Of a stretch of DNA of 64,000 bases, positions 11,632 through 24,244 are shown one piece after another. Under the pieces are notes generated by a model that saw nothing but the letters and a program-made list of their open reading frames with translations, made no database searches and was not told the origin of the DNA. Numbering within the stretch: position 1 is the first letter of the stretch; each line of letters opens with the position of its first letter. The translations under genes and the position numbers were made by a program. Source of the stretch: Macrostomum lignano (lineage: Eukaryota); assembly GCA_002269645.1 (NCBI GenBank), contig NIVC01000827.1, forward strand, positions 339,929 through 403,928. Direction: 5' to 3'.

Positions 11632-12097
11632 ACGTCAGAAGCTTTAACTACCGGTAGTCGAAGAAGACTCTTCGAAATTTAGAAATTTGCATGTAACAGG
11701 TAGCGAAGCACTTTTCCTGCAATAATTCAAGTGTAGGGTGTCAAGAAAATACTAATATAAAATTGCCTTAACTAAGGTTTTTCAACTTAATTGTGTACAA
11801 TTTGGCGTGCGTGCATTGACAACTACAGTTTATATCAATATTACACGTTATACAGTTGGGTTCGCGAGGAAAGGCTCAAATCTCGCGAGATCTCGCGAGG
11901 GGTCTCGCGAGAATCTGTGTGTAACTCGTTCGTCATTGGCTGAGCCATTAACTGGGGAGAGTAAGATTGAGCGCTGTTTGAGGTGGGTTGTTTATTGAGG
12001 TTGCCCGCTTTTTCGGCGTCCACCTTAACAGTTTCTCATAGTTTTTTATGGCAAACCCTTTCTTGTTTTTCCCCATCGAAAATACATTGTCTGACAC

Positions 12098-12273
12098 CAG
12101 GGGCGGATCCAGAGGGGGGGCCAAGGGCCAAGGGGGCCATGGCCGCGGCCAAAGAAATTTTGATCATACTTTTTTGGCCTGCTACTATGCCAGGTCTACT
12201 TTCCAATATGGGGTTGTAGTGTTTGGTATATCTATAGTTGCCCCCCCTCAAAAATTTTCTGGATCCGCGCCTG
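12098..12273. mobile_element. 176-bp hAT-type MITE nested in the Tc1-like element
   Basis: TIR CAGGGGCGGATCCAGA / TCTGGATCCGCGCCTG; perfect 8-bp TSD TCTGACAC (12090-12097, 12274-12281). Confidence 0.92.
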
Positions 12274-13270
12274 TCTGACACAGCTAATAGGAAGACTAAC
12301 AGCAATTTCACGAAGCTTGCAAATGGAGATTGGACGTCGCCTGACGGACAAGCAACGTATTGATCTCCTGTCAAAGTTTTACTTAGAGAAAAGAAGTGTA
12401 GCTGAAATTAGTAGCGAAATTCAGGTCTCCCGGCGTGCCATCAGGCGCCATCCTACTCTGTCAAGGACAAAAATTAGCAAGGATAAATCTCTGCCCCGAA
12501 AATGGGGGCTTCATCGATGCGCTGCTTGACGCCACTAATGGCCAAGTTTCAGCTCAAGACTTGTGCAATAGGGTGAGATTAAAGTTTGGTTTGCGCCTTT
12601 CTATCTGCACAATGAAGAGAATTCGGCGACTGCTGGGTTGGGTTCGAACAACAACACAGTATTGCCAGATGATCAAGTTGAAAAGCAACCCATTCGGCTA
12701 TTCTGTGGAGCCACCTCAAGGATCATCTGGAAAAGAAGATCAAGCCAAAGACGGAACAAGCACTGGCCGATGGAATTGAAGAATTCTGGAAGCTACTGGC
12801 TGTTCAGATGTGCAACAAATCTATAGATAATATTTTTCCGTACTGCCCTCTGTCATGTTACAGTCAGGACTTCCCTCAGGATTTTAAGCTTGTTTGCCTG
12901 CTTCTTGTTTGTAACACGGGGACTCTCAGCTACGCTCGTAGTTTGCTCGGTGCGGGCCATGGGGTGGGTGTTCTCGGAGCTAAGGCACCCTCTTGTTGGT
13001 GTATACCGACAGGCAGTTTTACTACCCAGTCCTATTAGCCGGTTTGAGGCAAAGCAAGCTATGATGCTCGCCCTTCTCCATTTCAATCCTTCACCAGGGT
13101 GAGTCATTTATTTGTCCACAGAGCCTCTATTTTACGATAGTCCGAATAAAGTATTCTAATAGTCCGAAGTCAGCCAAGCCTCTTATTCTCTGAACAAATG
13201 GGGAATGGGGATCAAACTATAACAGTCTACTGCAAATACCGTGCTCCATGGTTCAGACTTTGGGACTTCG

Positions 13271-13331
13271 AAAAGGTGGGCGGGGTGGCTGTCAATTCAA
13301 GCTTGAATGAGCAGAGTTAATTTATGGTCAC
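13271..13331. repeat. ~60-bp dispersed repeat with an inverted copy at 29165-29226
   Basis: GACCATAAATTAACTCT..GCTCATTCAAGCTTGAATT..CACCCCGCC.ACCTTTT is present on opposite strands at the two loci. Confidence 0.75.
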
Positions 13332-13659
13332 TGTCGTCAAGCCCCTTTTCTCCTTATGCGCATTGATTGTGACTAGTTGTGGATCGTTACACACAAGCCA
13401 ACCCTATAGAGTAACTTTTTTTTCAATTTAGGCCTACTGGTACGATTGAAAAGCAGACTATAGTCTAAATAACTGACTGGCTTGCATCGTGATAAAAATA
13501 TATTTATAACAGCTCACCTTAAAAGTCACATATCGTCATCTTTTGTCAGTCTTTTTCAGTTCCAACTTTTGGCCTATTGTTTCGGTTTGTATAGCGATAA
13601 AAACAGCACGCAAAGAACTCACTATAATGACTTAGCTTGCAAATAACTTCAATCACTCA

Positions 13660-14408
13660 CTCACTCACTCACACTCACCCACTCACTCACACTCACTCAC
13701 TCGCTCACACTCACCCACTCGCTCACACTCACCCACTCGCTCACACTCACTCACTCGCTCACACTCACTCACTCACACTCACTCACTCACTCACACTCAC
13801 CCACTCGCTCACACTCACTCACTCGCTCACACTCACTCACTCACACTCACCCACTCACTCACACTCACCCACTCGCTCACTCACACTCACTCAGTCGCTC
13901 ACAATCACCCACTCGCTCACACTCACTCACTCACACTCACTCACTCGCTCACACTCACCCACTCGCTCACACTCACCCACTCGCTCACACTCACTCACTC
14001 GCTCACACTCACTCACTCACACTCACTCACTCACTCACACTCACCCACTCGCTCACACTCACTCACTCGCTCACACTCACTCACTCACACTCACCCACTC
14101 ACTCACACTCACCCACTCGCTCACACTCACTCACTCGCTCACACTCACTCACTCGCGCTCACACTCACCCACTCGCTCACACTCACTCACTCACACTCAC
14201 TCAGTCGCTCACAATCACCCACTCGCTCACACTCACTCACTCACACTCACTCACTCGCTCACAATCACCCACTCGCTCGCACTCACTCACTCACACTCAC
14301 TCAGTCGCTCACAGTCATTCACTCGCTCACACTTACTCTCTCACTCGCTCACACTCACTCACAGTCACTCACTCGCTCACACTCACTCTCTCACTCGCTC
14401 ACACTCAC
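13660..14408. repeat. (CACT/CGCT)n complex microsatellite inside the Tc1-like element
   Basis: Read directly. Confidence 0.95.
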
Positions 14409-15067
14409 GAAGTTCGAGATTGGGTTTTAAGTTAAGCTTTCTTATTTTAGGTGTATATTGTAAAACATTTTGTTTTACAAGACGAACTGTCGGCAGATGA
14501 ATGAACTGGAAACCCTTGACGGTGCACACTATATTATCCCTCCATTGTCATGTTGCTCACTACTTATTTTGTAATTAACATTGTAAACTGCATAAAAAAC
14601 GCAAATTTTTCACTTCGCTGGAATTAATGAATTTTTACATTAATGTTAACATCAAAGTACTCATTGCTGTTATTCAACAAAAATCTCAAAATTCTAATTT
14701 AAAATTAATTGTATAACGATTACGAGAATCTTAGTATGCAACTTTCTAGGCAACAATTTTCACTGCTTTGAGACGATTTATATAACTACACTCCGAAATA
14801 TATCAAGCAAATCTCTGTGAGCTCGTACGAGCCCTGGACCCCCCATTTCGCACACCATGCATGCACCAACCCCAATTATCCCCATGGGGTTTTCTCTCTC
14901 GATTCAGCCTACAAGCTCAATAAACGCTCAGCCAATGGAGAGAGAGTTACACACAGATTCTCGCGAAATCTCGCGAGGGTCTCGCGAGATTTGAGCCTTT
15001 CCTCGCGAACCAAACTGTATATACGTTACGTAAAAAATATTATGTCCTCGCTTAAGTAATTTAACTG

Positions 15068-15683
15068 CAGGGGCATCGCCATCTCCATGGATTTTATGGT
15101 GGGGGGGGGGGTTAAAGCCAAGAATTCAACATGTACATGGCTAAATTCCTACATTTTCATTATTTTGAGAATCGTGTCGACAGAGCTCCTTTTGGCGCCG
15201 CAGGCACTCCTTTTGGCGCCGTAGGGTGCACTCCTTTTGGCGCCGCAGGCACTCGTTCTGGCGCCGCAGGCACTCCTTTTAGCACTTCAGGCACTCATTT
15301 TGGCACCGCAGGCTGCACTTCTTCTGGCGCCGCAGGCACTCCTATTAGCGCCGCAGGCACTCCTTTTAGCACCGCAGGCACTCCTTTTAGATCCGTAGGC
15401 AGTCCTTTTAGTGCTTCAGGCACTCATCCTGGCGTCGCAGGCACTCATTCTGGCGCCGTAGGCACTCATTCTGGCGCCGCAGGCATTCATTCTGGCGCCG
15501 CAGGCACTCATTCTAGCGCCGCAAGAACTTATTTTGGAGCCGAAGGCCCTTTGGTGCCCTCAAGAAAATAAAGATTACCACAACGGGTCACAAGGTGGGG
15601 TGGGGACAAAGCATTGGTGTGTCCCCCATAGCTTTACTGGAGGGGACATGTCCCCCCCTGTGCCCCTGGTGGCGACGCGCCTG
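15068..15683. mobile_element. MITE with CAGG-type TIRs and an internal 21-bp GGCGCCGCAGGCACTC array
   Basis: CAGGGGCATCGCCA / TGGCGACGCGCCTG imperfect TIR; no clean TSD seen. Confidence 0.6.
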
Positions 15684-16213
15684 TATCTGTGCGTGTACTT
15701 GTAAATGGGCTAAAGTCTCTCTACCAGCAAATTTCGTGTCAGTGCAGTCCACAGAGACAATGTAATATCTGTTATATAGTACCTGTGGCGCAGTCTACTA
15801 CTTCTTAGGGCGGGCAAAATTCTCGGCAAGCATTTAGCGTGCCCGCTTTCAGTTTTAATAATATATTTTATGTAGTTGAGCTAAAAAAATAGTAAAAAAA
15901 CAAACAGTACAGTAAATAACTAGCTGTATATTGCCTTTTGCCAAGTGACGTATTTGTATCCCCATAGCTACCAATGGGAGCTACCAATGGGAAGCTACCA
16001 ATCCTTGCTAAGGCATGGATTCCCGTAGTATACGTACTACAGTAACAACGTATATAGCGATCGTAGTAGCTATACCGTTTGCTCCAGTCATGGCAGTCTA
16101 TGGCTAGAAAGTCATCGGCCACGTCTCGGCACAATTAAAGAAGGTAAGTTTTTTAATAATAATTAAATAACTCATTGCCGTAAGTTTCATACAAAAATTG
16201 AATTTATAATAAA

Positions 16214-17911
16214 ATGACTCGCAAGTCTAAAACGCTCGACTGCCGGGAGACACTGCAACGAAAACGATGTGAGTAATTTGATTAACGATCGAGTATGTAG
16301 CTTTCTTTAAAAATTATCAATTACTCCTAAACATAAACTTGTAATTTTTGACGAGACAGCAGGTAACAGTCCAGAGAGTCTGCGGCCGAGTAGAGATGCG
16401 TCTAATGTCGACCACTGGCTTAATCAGAATGTTGAGCAGCGGTCTACTGACTCGGAAGAGAATAGAAATGCCTTTATGTGGGATCAGCTGTCTCAAGTGC
16501 CGCAGTTGCTGCACTCTAGTAAGTGATTTTTTATGTCTACATATATTTACATGTAAATAAAGCTGCAATATTTTTATGTTACACTGAAGCTGAAACACAA
16601 TTTTAGCTGCAGTGTAACATACTCTATTAAAATCAAAGCTGAGTGACTCAATGTACACTGACTGAAGCCGCAACAACCACCCCAATCTTATCTCCATTCT
16701 ATTCAAATCAAAGCTGGGTGACTCAATACACTAACTGAAGCCGCAACAACCAACCCAATCTTATCTCCATTCTATTCAAACCAAAGCTGAGTTAGTCAAT
16801 GTGCACTGACTGAAGCCGCAACAACCATCCCAATCTTATCTCCATTCTATTCAAATCAAAGCTGGGTGACTCAATAAACTGACTGAAGCCGCAACAACCA
16901 CCCCAATCTTATCTCCATTCTATTCAAATCAAAGCTGGGTGACTCAATACACTAACTGAAGCCGCAACAACCAACCCAATCTTATCTCCATTCTATTCAA
17001 ACCAAAGCTGAGTTAGTCAATGTGCACTGACTGAAGCCGCAACAACCACCCCAATCTTATCTCCATTCTATTAAAACCAAAGCTAAGTTAGTCAATGTGC
17101 ACTGACTGAAGCCGCAACAACCACCCCAATCTTATCTCCATTCTATTAAAACCAAAGCTAAGTTAGTCAATGTGCACTGACTGAAGCCGCAACAACCACC
17201 CCAATCTTATCTCCATTCTATTAAAACCAAAGCTAAGTTAGTCAATGTGCACTGACTGAAGCCGCAACAACCACCCCAATCTTATCTCCATTCTATTAAA
17301 ATCAAAGCTGGGTGACTCAATACACTGACTGAAGCCGCAACAACCACTCCAATATTTTCTTTATCTTATTAAAAATTAAAAATCAAGGCTAAGTGAGTCA
17401 ATGTACACTGGAGCCGCAATAACCCCACAATCAGTCATTGAAAACTACATGCATTATTTCAGTCTCACTGTTGCGCTTGATCCGCCGAATAAACTGGCTG
17501 GGCAGCATAATTCTTGTAGTCTACGGTTATCTTTACCGACTGCTCGCTAGCACGGATCCAACCGGCACTAAATACGAGTTCTATGATTTTCTAGTCGATT
17601 ACGGCATGTCGAATTTAATCATCGCCGAAGCGACAATCTTGGCTAGGACTTACTTTCTAATGCTTCGCTTCCATCGTGTAATGCATCATGTGAAAACCTT
17701 CAACGCTAAGTACAGAGAACTCAAAACGTACACATGCCTTTTTCAAGAGCAAAAGACGGAAGATAAAACCAAAAAATCTGTACTAGTGCACAATACCGAC
17801 TTTGGCGACTCAAATCTGCACTCAGAGATGCAAAGAGCGTTGTTGCGATCGGACAAGTATAGAAGCTACATGTACGAAAATAGGGCGGACATTCCTAGCG
17901 ACGATGATTAA
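16214..17911 (+). CDS. Orphan ~220-aa predicted membrane protein; exons 16214-16268, 16360(or 16363)-16518, 17463-17911
   Basis: Donors T|GTGAGT and A|GTAAGT; acceptors GACAG(CAG) and TATTTCAG; all phases match (55+159+449 = 663 nt); two hydrophobic stretches in exon 3; no family recognised. Confidence 0.62.
16590..17425. repeat. 75-bp minisatellite filling intron 2 of the orphan gene
   Basis: AACAACCACC recurs at 17041, 17116 and 17191. Confidence 0.95.
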
Positions 17912-17997
17912 TGGCGTATTACAGCTTACATTTTCATGTGAAAACTCTCAGGGTTTGGAACTGAAAACAAAAATTATTAGTTAGTTTGGGTCCTGAA

Positions 17998-18450
17998 GAG
18001 AGCCCCAGACTAGCCAATAAGAACGAAGCAAACAATCCGAGTGAGGTGGGTGTCGGAGAGAGCCCCAGACTAGCCAATAAGAATGAAGCAAACAATCCGA
18101 GTGAGGTGGGTGTCGGAGAGAGCCCCAGACTAGCCAATAAGAATGAAGCAAACAATCCGAGTGAGGTGGGTGTCGGAGAGAGCCCCAGACTAGCCAATAA
18201 GAATGAAGCAAACAATCCGAGTGAGGTGGGTGTCGGAGAGAGCCCCAGACTAGCCAATAAGAATGAAGCAAACAATCCGAGTGAGGTGGGTGTCGGAGAG
18301 AGCCCCAGACTAGCCAATAAGAATGAAGCAAACAATAAGAGTGAGGTGGGTGTCGGAGAGAGCCCCAGACAAGCCAATAGGAACGAAGCAAACAATCCGA
18401 GTGAGGTGGGTGTCGGAGAGAGCCCCAGACTAGCCAATAGGAACGAAGCT
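17998..18450. repeat. 60-bp tandem repeat (~7.5 copies), each unit with AGCCAAT
   Basis: Near-perfect 60-nt periodicity. Confidence 0.95.
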
Positions 18451-18989
18451 AGCTCGTACGTAACAATCTGAGTGAGAAAGGATGATAAAAAGCAAAGCTC
18501 TATCTGTTAAAGACTCTTGTTTAACTTTTCATGTTGAAGTTCGCGTATTCCGTCAATAGGAAAAATGCGAAAATGTATTGAATTAACTAAAATCATTACT
18601 TTAATTATATTTAATGAAAGTCCAATCTCCGAAATCAATTCCACAGCAATCCAGTAGTAATCTTTAATTAGTAGCACCAAAGCGCGTCAATACAAAAATC
18701 AACACGAGTATGTAAATGCGTACGAACGTCATCATATAAAGGACAAAAAAATATAACTTGAAAAAATTCGTTCGTAAATTACATATTTTATGCTACACTT
18801 AGCTAAAATGTCTCTAAAGTTAACTTTATCATTGAATAATTTAAAAAAATAACATTGGCGCATAACAAAGAACCCAAAAATCACATGATCTTAATGTACT
18901 ACCTCTGGCCAATCAAATGACACTACTAACACTTTTATCTCCCCTCAGCTAATCACAATATACTAAACCTCTAAGGTATGTCTGTCTTC

Positions 18990-19662
18990 AGATAATACTA
19001 AACCTCTTCTCTCTCCCCAGCCAATCAAATGACACTAAACCTCTTCTCTCTCTCCCCAGCCAATCAAATGACACTAAACCTCTTCTCTCTCTCCCCAGCC
19101 AATCAAATGACACTAAACCTCTTCTCTCTCTTCCCAGCCAATCAAATGACACTAAACCTCTTCTCTCTCCCCAGCCAATCAAATGACACTAAACTTCTTC
19201 TCTCTCTCCCCAGCCAATCAAATGACACTAAACCTCTTCTCTCTCTCCCCAGCCAATCAAATGACACTAAACCTCTTCTCTCTCTCCCCAGCCAATCAAA
19301 TGACACTAAACCTCTTCTCTCTCTCCCCAGCCAATCAAATGACACTAAACCTCTTCTCTCTCTCCCCAGCCAATCAAATGACACTAAACCTCTTCTCTCT
19401 CCCCAGCCAATCAAATGACACTAAACCTCTTCTCTCTCTCCCCAGCCAATCAAATGACACTAAACCTCTTCTCTCTCTCCCCAGCCAATCAAATGACACT
19501 AAACCTCTTCTCTCTCTCCCCAGCCAATCAAATGACACTAAACCTCTTCTCTCTCTCCCCAGCCAATCAAATGACACTAAACCTCTTCTCTCTCTCCCCA
19601 GCCAATCAAATGACACTAAACCTCTTCTCTCTCTCCCCAGCCAATCAAATGACACTAAACCT
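18990..19662. repeat. 37-39-bp minisatellite (CCCCAGCCAATCAAATGACACTAAACCTCTTCTCTCTCT), ~17 copies
   Basis: Read directly; a degenerate seed copy lies at ~18900-18960. Confidence 0.95.
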
Positions 19663-19785
19663 CGTCTATCTCGTCTAGATAACAACAAGCTCTTATGCCC
19701 TTTAACAGACTATTAAGTAACGCATTAAAAGAAGTAAATATTCGAGAAATTCGCCATACGCACAGTGCAGACACCAGGTATTCCA

Positions 19786-21871
19786 TCAAAGTTTGTTCGT
19801 CCTAGCTAATCGCCAGACATCGCCGTCCAGACATTCAACGATGCCTTCGTCGGCTAGAAACTTTAACGCCTGACCAAGATTGCGCAGGGCGCCCATTCGC
19901 AGAGCGGGGTCCGTGACCTCCGGGTACACAGTGTCCACCAGAGCCTCCGGCGTGGCGCCTGAAGGTCCAGCTTTGGCTACAGCGGTTTGCACCTGGGAGA
20001 GGCGTTAGAGTTTGAAGACGATAGGTATCAAAAAACATCACGGTGTAGTTTATAGGTCGAGCTACGTCGTTTAAAGGATCAGTTTGATAAATCAAGTGGC
20101 GCACCTGATTAATTCTCTGCATCCTGTGCTCAACGTATTCGTTCAGCTTATCAGCTGGTTGCTCAATGACGTCACCGTGAGCCGAGTACATGACTCGAAT
20201 GTCAGGCAGGGTCTGCATGAGACGCAGGGAGCGCATGTAGCCGGTGAGGTCCTCGAATACGCCGCTGCCATGACCGAGGACAGAGTCGCCACAGAACAGT
20301 GCGGACTCGGTCGGATAGAGCAGGCACAGGTGATCGTCTGTGTGTCCCGGCGTGTGCAGCACCTGCGTGGTCACGGGTGCGAGTGTACTTTTAGCTGAGT
20401 GGCCCAGCAACTGATCTGGGAGGCTGTCCCATCAACTGACAGTCTGGAAGGCTGGCCCAGCAACTGAGGATCTGAGAGAATGGCCCAGCAACTGAGGATC
20501 TGAGAGAGTGGCCTAGCAACTGAGGATCTGAGAGAGTGGCCTAGCAACTGAGGATCTGAGAGAGTGGCCTAGCAACTGAGGATCTGAGAGAGTGGCCTAG
20601 CAACTGAGGATCTGGGAGAGTGGCCCAGCAACTGAGAATTTGGGAGAGTGGCCCAGCAACTGAGAATTTGGGAGAGTGGCCCAGCAACTGAGGATCTGAG
20701 AGAGTGGCCCAGCAACTGAGGATCTGAGAAAGTGGCCCTAGACATCGCAAGTTCACCAAGCAGCCGCACCTTCAGCTGCACTTCGCCGCACTGCAGCAGG
20801 TCACCATCTCGCAGGTTGTGAAACACCAGGCCGTCAGTGTGGGGCGGCTGCGGATGCGTCAGCGAGGGAAACTTGTGCACAGTGGCGTAGGCGGCGCTTT
20901 CAGTCCACAGCATCTGCTGAAGCGCCACAGCGCTGCCACCGTGATCGGGGTGCCAGTGAGTGAGCACCAACTTATCCACGGTGCAGCGCTCTTCCCGCAG
21001 CACCTTATTTTGATTGGGAAAATAAAATGTAAGTGCGATTTAGTGCCGAATATTGAGAGTCCTATTTTAGTCCCGAGTATTGAGAGTCCCATTCTAGTCT
21101 TGAGTATTGAGAGTCCCATTCTAGTCCCGAGTATTGAGATTCCCATTCTAGTCCCGAGTATTGAGAGTCCCATTTTAGTCCCGAGTATTGAGAGTCCCAT
21201 TCTAGTCCCGAATATTAGAGTCCCATTCTAGTCCCAAATATAAAGAGTCCCATTCTAGTCCCGAATATTTAGAGTCCCATTCCAGTACCAAATATTAAGG
21301 GTCCCATTCTAGTCCCGAGTATTGAGAGTCACATTATAGTTCCGAATATTGAGAGTCCCGTTCTAGTCCCGAGTATTGAGAGTCCCATTCTAGTCTCGAA
21401 TATTGAGAGTCCCGTTCTAGTCCCGAGTATTGAGAGTTCCATTCTAGTCTCGAATATTGAGAGTCCCATTCTAGTCCCGAGTATTGAGAGTCCCATTCTA
21501 GTCTCGAATATTGAGAGTCCCATTCTAGTCTCGAATATTGAGAGTCCCATTCTAGTCCCGAATGTTGAGAATCCTATTTTAGTCCTAGATAAGAGTCCCA
21601 TTCTAGTCCCGAATATTGAGAGTCCCATTCTAGTCCCAAATATTGAGAGTCCCATTCAAGTCCCGCCACTCTAACATACCTGGCGCACTAAGTCAATATA
21701 CTCTGGCTTATCTGGACTGCTGGTGTCAATCATTAAGCGCTTGGCTCCAGTGCCAATTAAATAACAATTAGTACCTTGTAGAGTAAATGGGCTTGGATTT
21801 TGGCCAAGAATGCGGATTATTGAACTTGATAGGCGCTGTATGTCAGCTAGCTTAGGTAGCATTGCTGCCAT
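19786..21871 (-). CDS. LACTB2: LACTB2 metallo-beta-lactamase-fold endoribonuclease, 296 aa; exons 21871-21680, 21003-20770, 20362-20105, 19992-19786
   Basis: RILGQNPSPFTLQGTNCYLIGTG; THWHPDH (HxHxDH); HTPGHTDDH; LFCGDSVLGHG; AHG; four GT-AG-joined exons, all phase 0, no frameshift. Confidence 0.95.
20400..20735. repeat. 28-bp minisatellite in LACTB2 intron 2
   Basis: CTAGCAACTGAGGATCTGAGAGAGTGGC units. Confidence 0.93.
21040..21665. repeat. 27-bp minisatellite in LACTB2 intron 1
   Basis: AGTCCCATTCTAGTCCCGAGTATTGAG units. Confidence 0.93.
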
Positions 21872-23569
21872 TGTCTTGGGTGGTGATTCTGGATTAAATG
21901 CACTGGAAAGATTAATTACAGGATAGGCTGTTTGTTATTTAGTCTATATATAGTTAGGATACTCATTAGGACTTCTAGTATCAAAGCAATCAAGACATCC
22001 TAGGAAAGTACAGTATAGTTATAGTTGATAAATTTTAAATAAATAAAAGTGTTTAGCTTTATATTTGTTATGACATATTTGTACTCTACTATCATTATAT
22101 TCTATGCATTTTGCCTTTTTTATTGAAATATATCTTGAGCTTCCTTGAATTTTGCTATTTTATAGTTCTGGTCCTTCTTAAAATCAAGGTATAAAGTGAC
22201 ATGTGCACTAAAAATTTGCTATTGTTGTGAGTTATAATAACATATTTTTATTAGGCATTTAAATAAATATTATTAGGCAAATAAATATTGAAATAAAGGA
22301 AAAAAGTTAAGGGAATTTGTAAGTAGAAATATCTATAAATAAATAAATAGACCAACCTACCATACATGTTTATTTAATGGAAAGATCATTACCAAATAAA
22401 TAACAAACACAAAAATATAAAAAGTTATAACCTACTCTAGAAGGCACAGTAGAAGCTGCTACTACTCAATTTATATATTAGATCTTTTGAAAAATATTTG
22501 AAGTCATTAAAATTCAAAATAATAGAAGAGACCTAAATTATAAATAGTATTAGGTTTTATTTATTTATATTTTATGTCCATTTACATGATTTACTCCATT
22601 AGAAACAGTTGTTTATGGTATATAGGCTTGGTACCTACATAGTGTTAAGCGAAAATAAACATTATAAGCAAAAGGGAACGTAAAATTATTATTAACTTTA
22701 AGTTAAATGATTGTTTTTTTACTTTAAAAGCTAGATTAGGGTGAGCTTATAAGTTATCTGTTACAAATTAAAGCCTCTAATTAAAACAAGTTTGAATACG
22801 AAACGTCGCAATTGTAAATATGATGAACACGCTTTACGTGCTCTTTACTTTATTTAAATAAAATAAAAACTATACTATTCTAAAATTTTCACAAAAACCT
22901 GTTAATATTTAAATCACGTAATGTTTTATCTGGTTAATTGTTATAATGGTTTGTTTCTTAAAATATAGTAAACAACTATTTGAATTACTTTCCCGTGACC
23001 TGTTAGTTAGCACTTCAAGAGCAGCAGCAGATTAGTGTTAGAAATAATTCCAGTTGCGCTTTTTGTTTTGTATAAAATTTAGTTTCTTTAATACCATTTT
23101 TAAGAGACAATAATAAAGTAAGCTGGGCGACTTGGCCTAAGACTATAAAAGTCAAGTGAACTTTTTTTCAGGACAATAGGCCCTACAATTGAATTTCAAA
23201 AAAAAGTAAATTCAAATCATGTTTTGCGTCTTTTGGCCTACTAAGTACTAAATCTAATTTTTTTGAAATAGCTGTTTAATTTTGTTAATAATTTAAACTA
23301 CTGGGTAGCATCCTTCAACTAAAGTTAACAAAGACTAGGCTTAGCTACCTCCTGCACCTGCAATGGATGAATACTTACCAGTAAGTTTTGTTAAGAAACT
23401 AAATTGTCCATTTTTGTTACAAAATATTCTTGAATGGAAGTATCCTTGGTATCTGGTTGATTCTTCTAATACCTTTTTGTCTAATCCTTAGATGAAGGGG
23501 CTACAGGCCTACAGGTCAAAAGGGCAATAGATCATAAAGTCAATAGTCAAAGGGTAACAACAATCATAA

Positions 23570-24244
23570 TAGAGCTGTCACGAGATCTTGACAAGACAAG
23601 ATTTGAGACAAGATCTCGACATTTTTTCTTGTCTCGAGAAATCTCAAATTTTATCAAGAAATTTGAGACAAGATTCAAGAATTTTTCTGATACCTTTTTT
23701 CAAAAGATTTTAAGTGATAAGATATAAAAAGGGGAGCAAATTTTCATATAAATACAACTGTTTGTTGTAACATGCTTGATAGGGCAATTTTCAAATAGTA
23801 AAATCTAGCCAATGTCGAGCAGTTATTTAACAAACGTCGTTATATACAAGTTTGCATTGCATATGCACTCTTTTAGTTATCATTTCAGTTCTGCAGCAAG
23901 GTGTTCATAGTAGACTTGAAGACAATCTACACAGGTCTTTTGACAAATTAATAATAGACATAGTAGGGCCAAGGGCCTATATGCTACTTAAGCATAAATT
24001 CTTATAAATTAATAGCAAAGAATTAAAACTAGAATTAAGAAAGTATTCTGGAAAATCTAAAAAATATATTTTAGAATTGTATCTTATCAAGAAATTTAAG
24101 ACAAGATAAGAGCAAGACAAGATGCAATTCTGAAATATATTTTTTAGATTTACTTTGTCTTGTCTCGTCTCGAAATTCTCGGCTTATAAGCCTTTCTTGT
24201 CTCAAATCCCGTCTCGAATAAAATCTCTAATTTTGACAGCTCTA
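23570..24244. mobile_element. 675-bp hAT-type MITE
   Basis: TIR TAGAGCTGTCA / TGACAGCTCTA; perfect 8-bp TSD AATCATAA; subterminal GACAAGA/TCTTGTC motifs. Confidence 0.9.

Larger units (their letters stand above)
11853..15017 (+). mobile_element. Tc1/IS630-like DNA transposon, internally deleted, ~95-bp TIRs, TA target duplication
   Basis: TA|CAGTTGGGTTCGCGAGGAAAGGCTCAAATCTCGCGAGA... matches the inverted copy ending ...CTCGCGAACCAAACTG|TA. Frameshifted transposase: N-terminal HTH (12317-), STxKRxRxxLGW...YCQ-like segment (12435-12700), C-terminal FWKLLAVQMCNKSIDNI. DDE core not seen. Confidence 0.88.

Noticed and set aside
11650-11680. GAAGACTC as part of a spliced-leader RNA gene
   Set aside because: Only a short hairpin match; no leader ending ATG|GT and no Sm site nearby.
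13637-14500. 287-aa His/Thr/Leu-rich ORF
   Set aside because: (CACT)n microsatellite inside a transposon.
15131-15571. 146-aa GAAGTPF-repeat ORF
   Set aside because: Arises from the 21-bp subterminal array of a MITE.
17934-18471. ORFs on both strands with 20-aa repeats
   Set aside because: Product of a 60-bp stop-free tandem unit; no splice or start support.
16590-19662. Regular arrays resembling CRISPR repeats
   Set aside because: Head-to-tail tandem units without unique spacers; eukaryotic context; no cas genes.
19835-20410. 191-aa ORF as a standalone gene
   Set aside because: It is LACTB2 exon 3 with flanking intron read-through.
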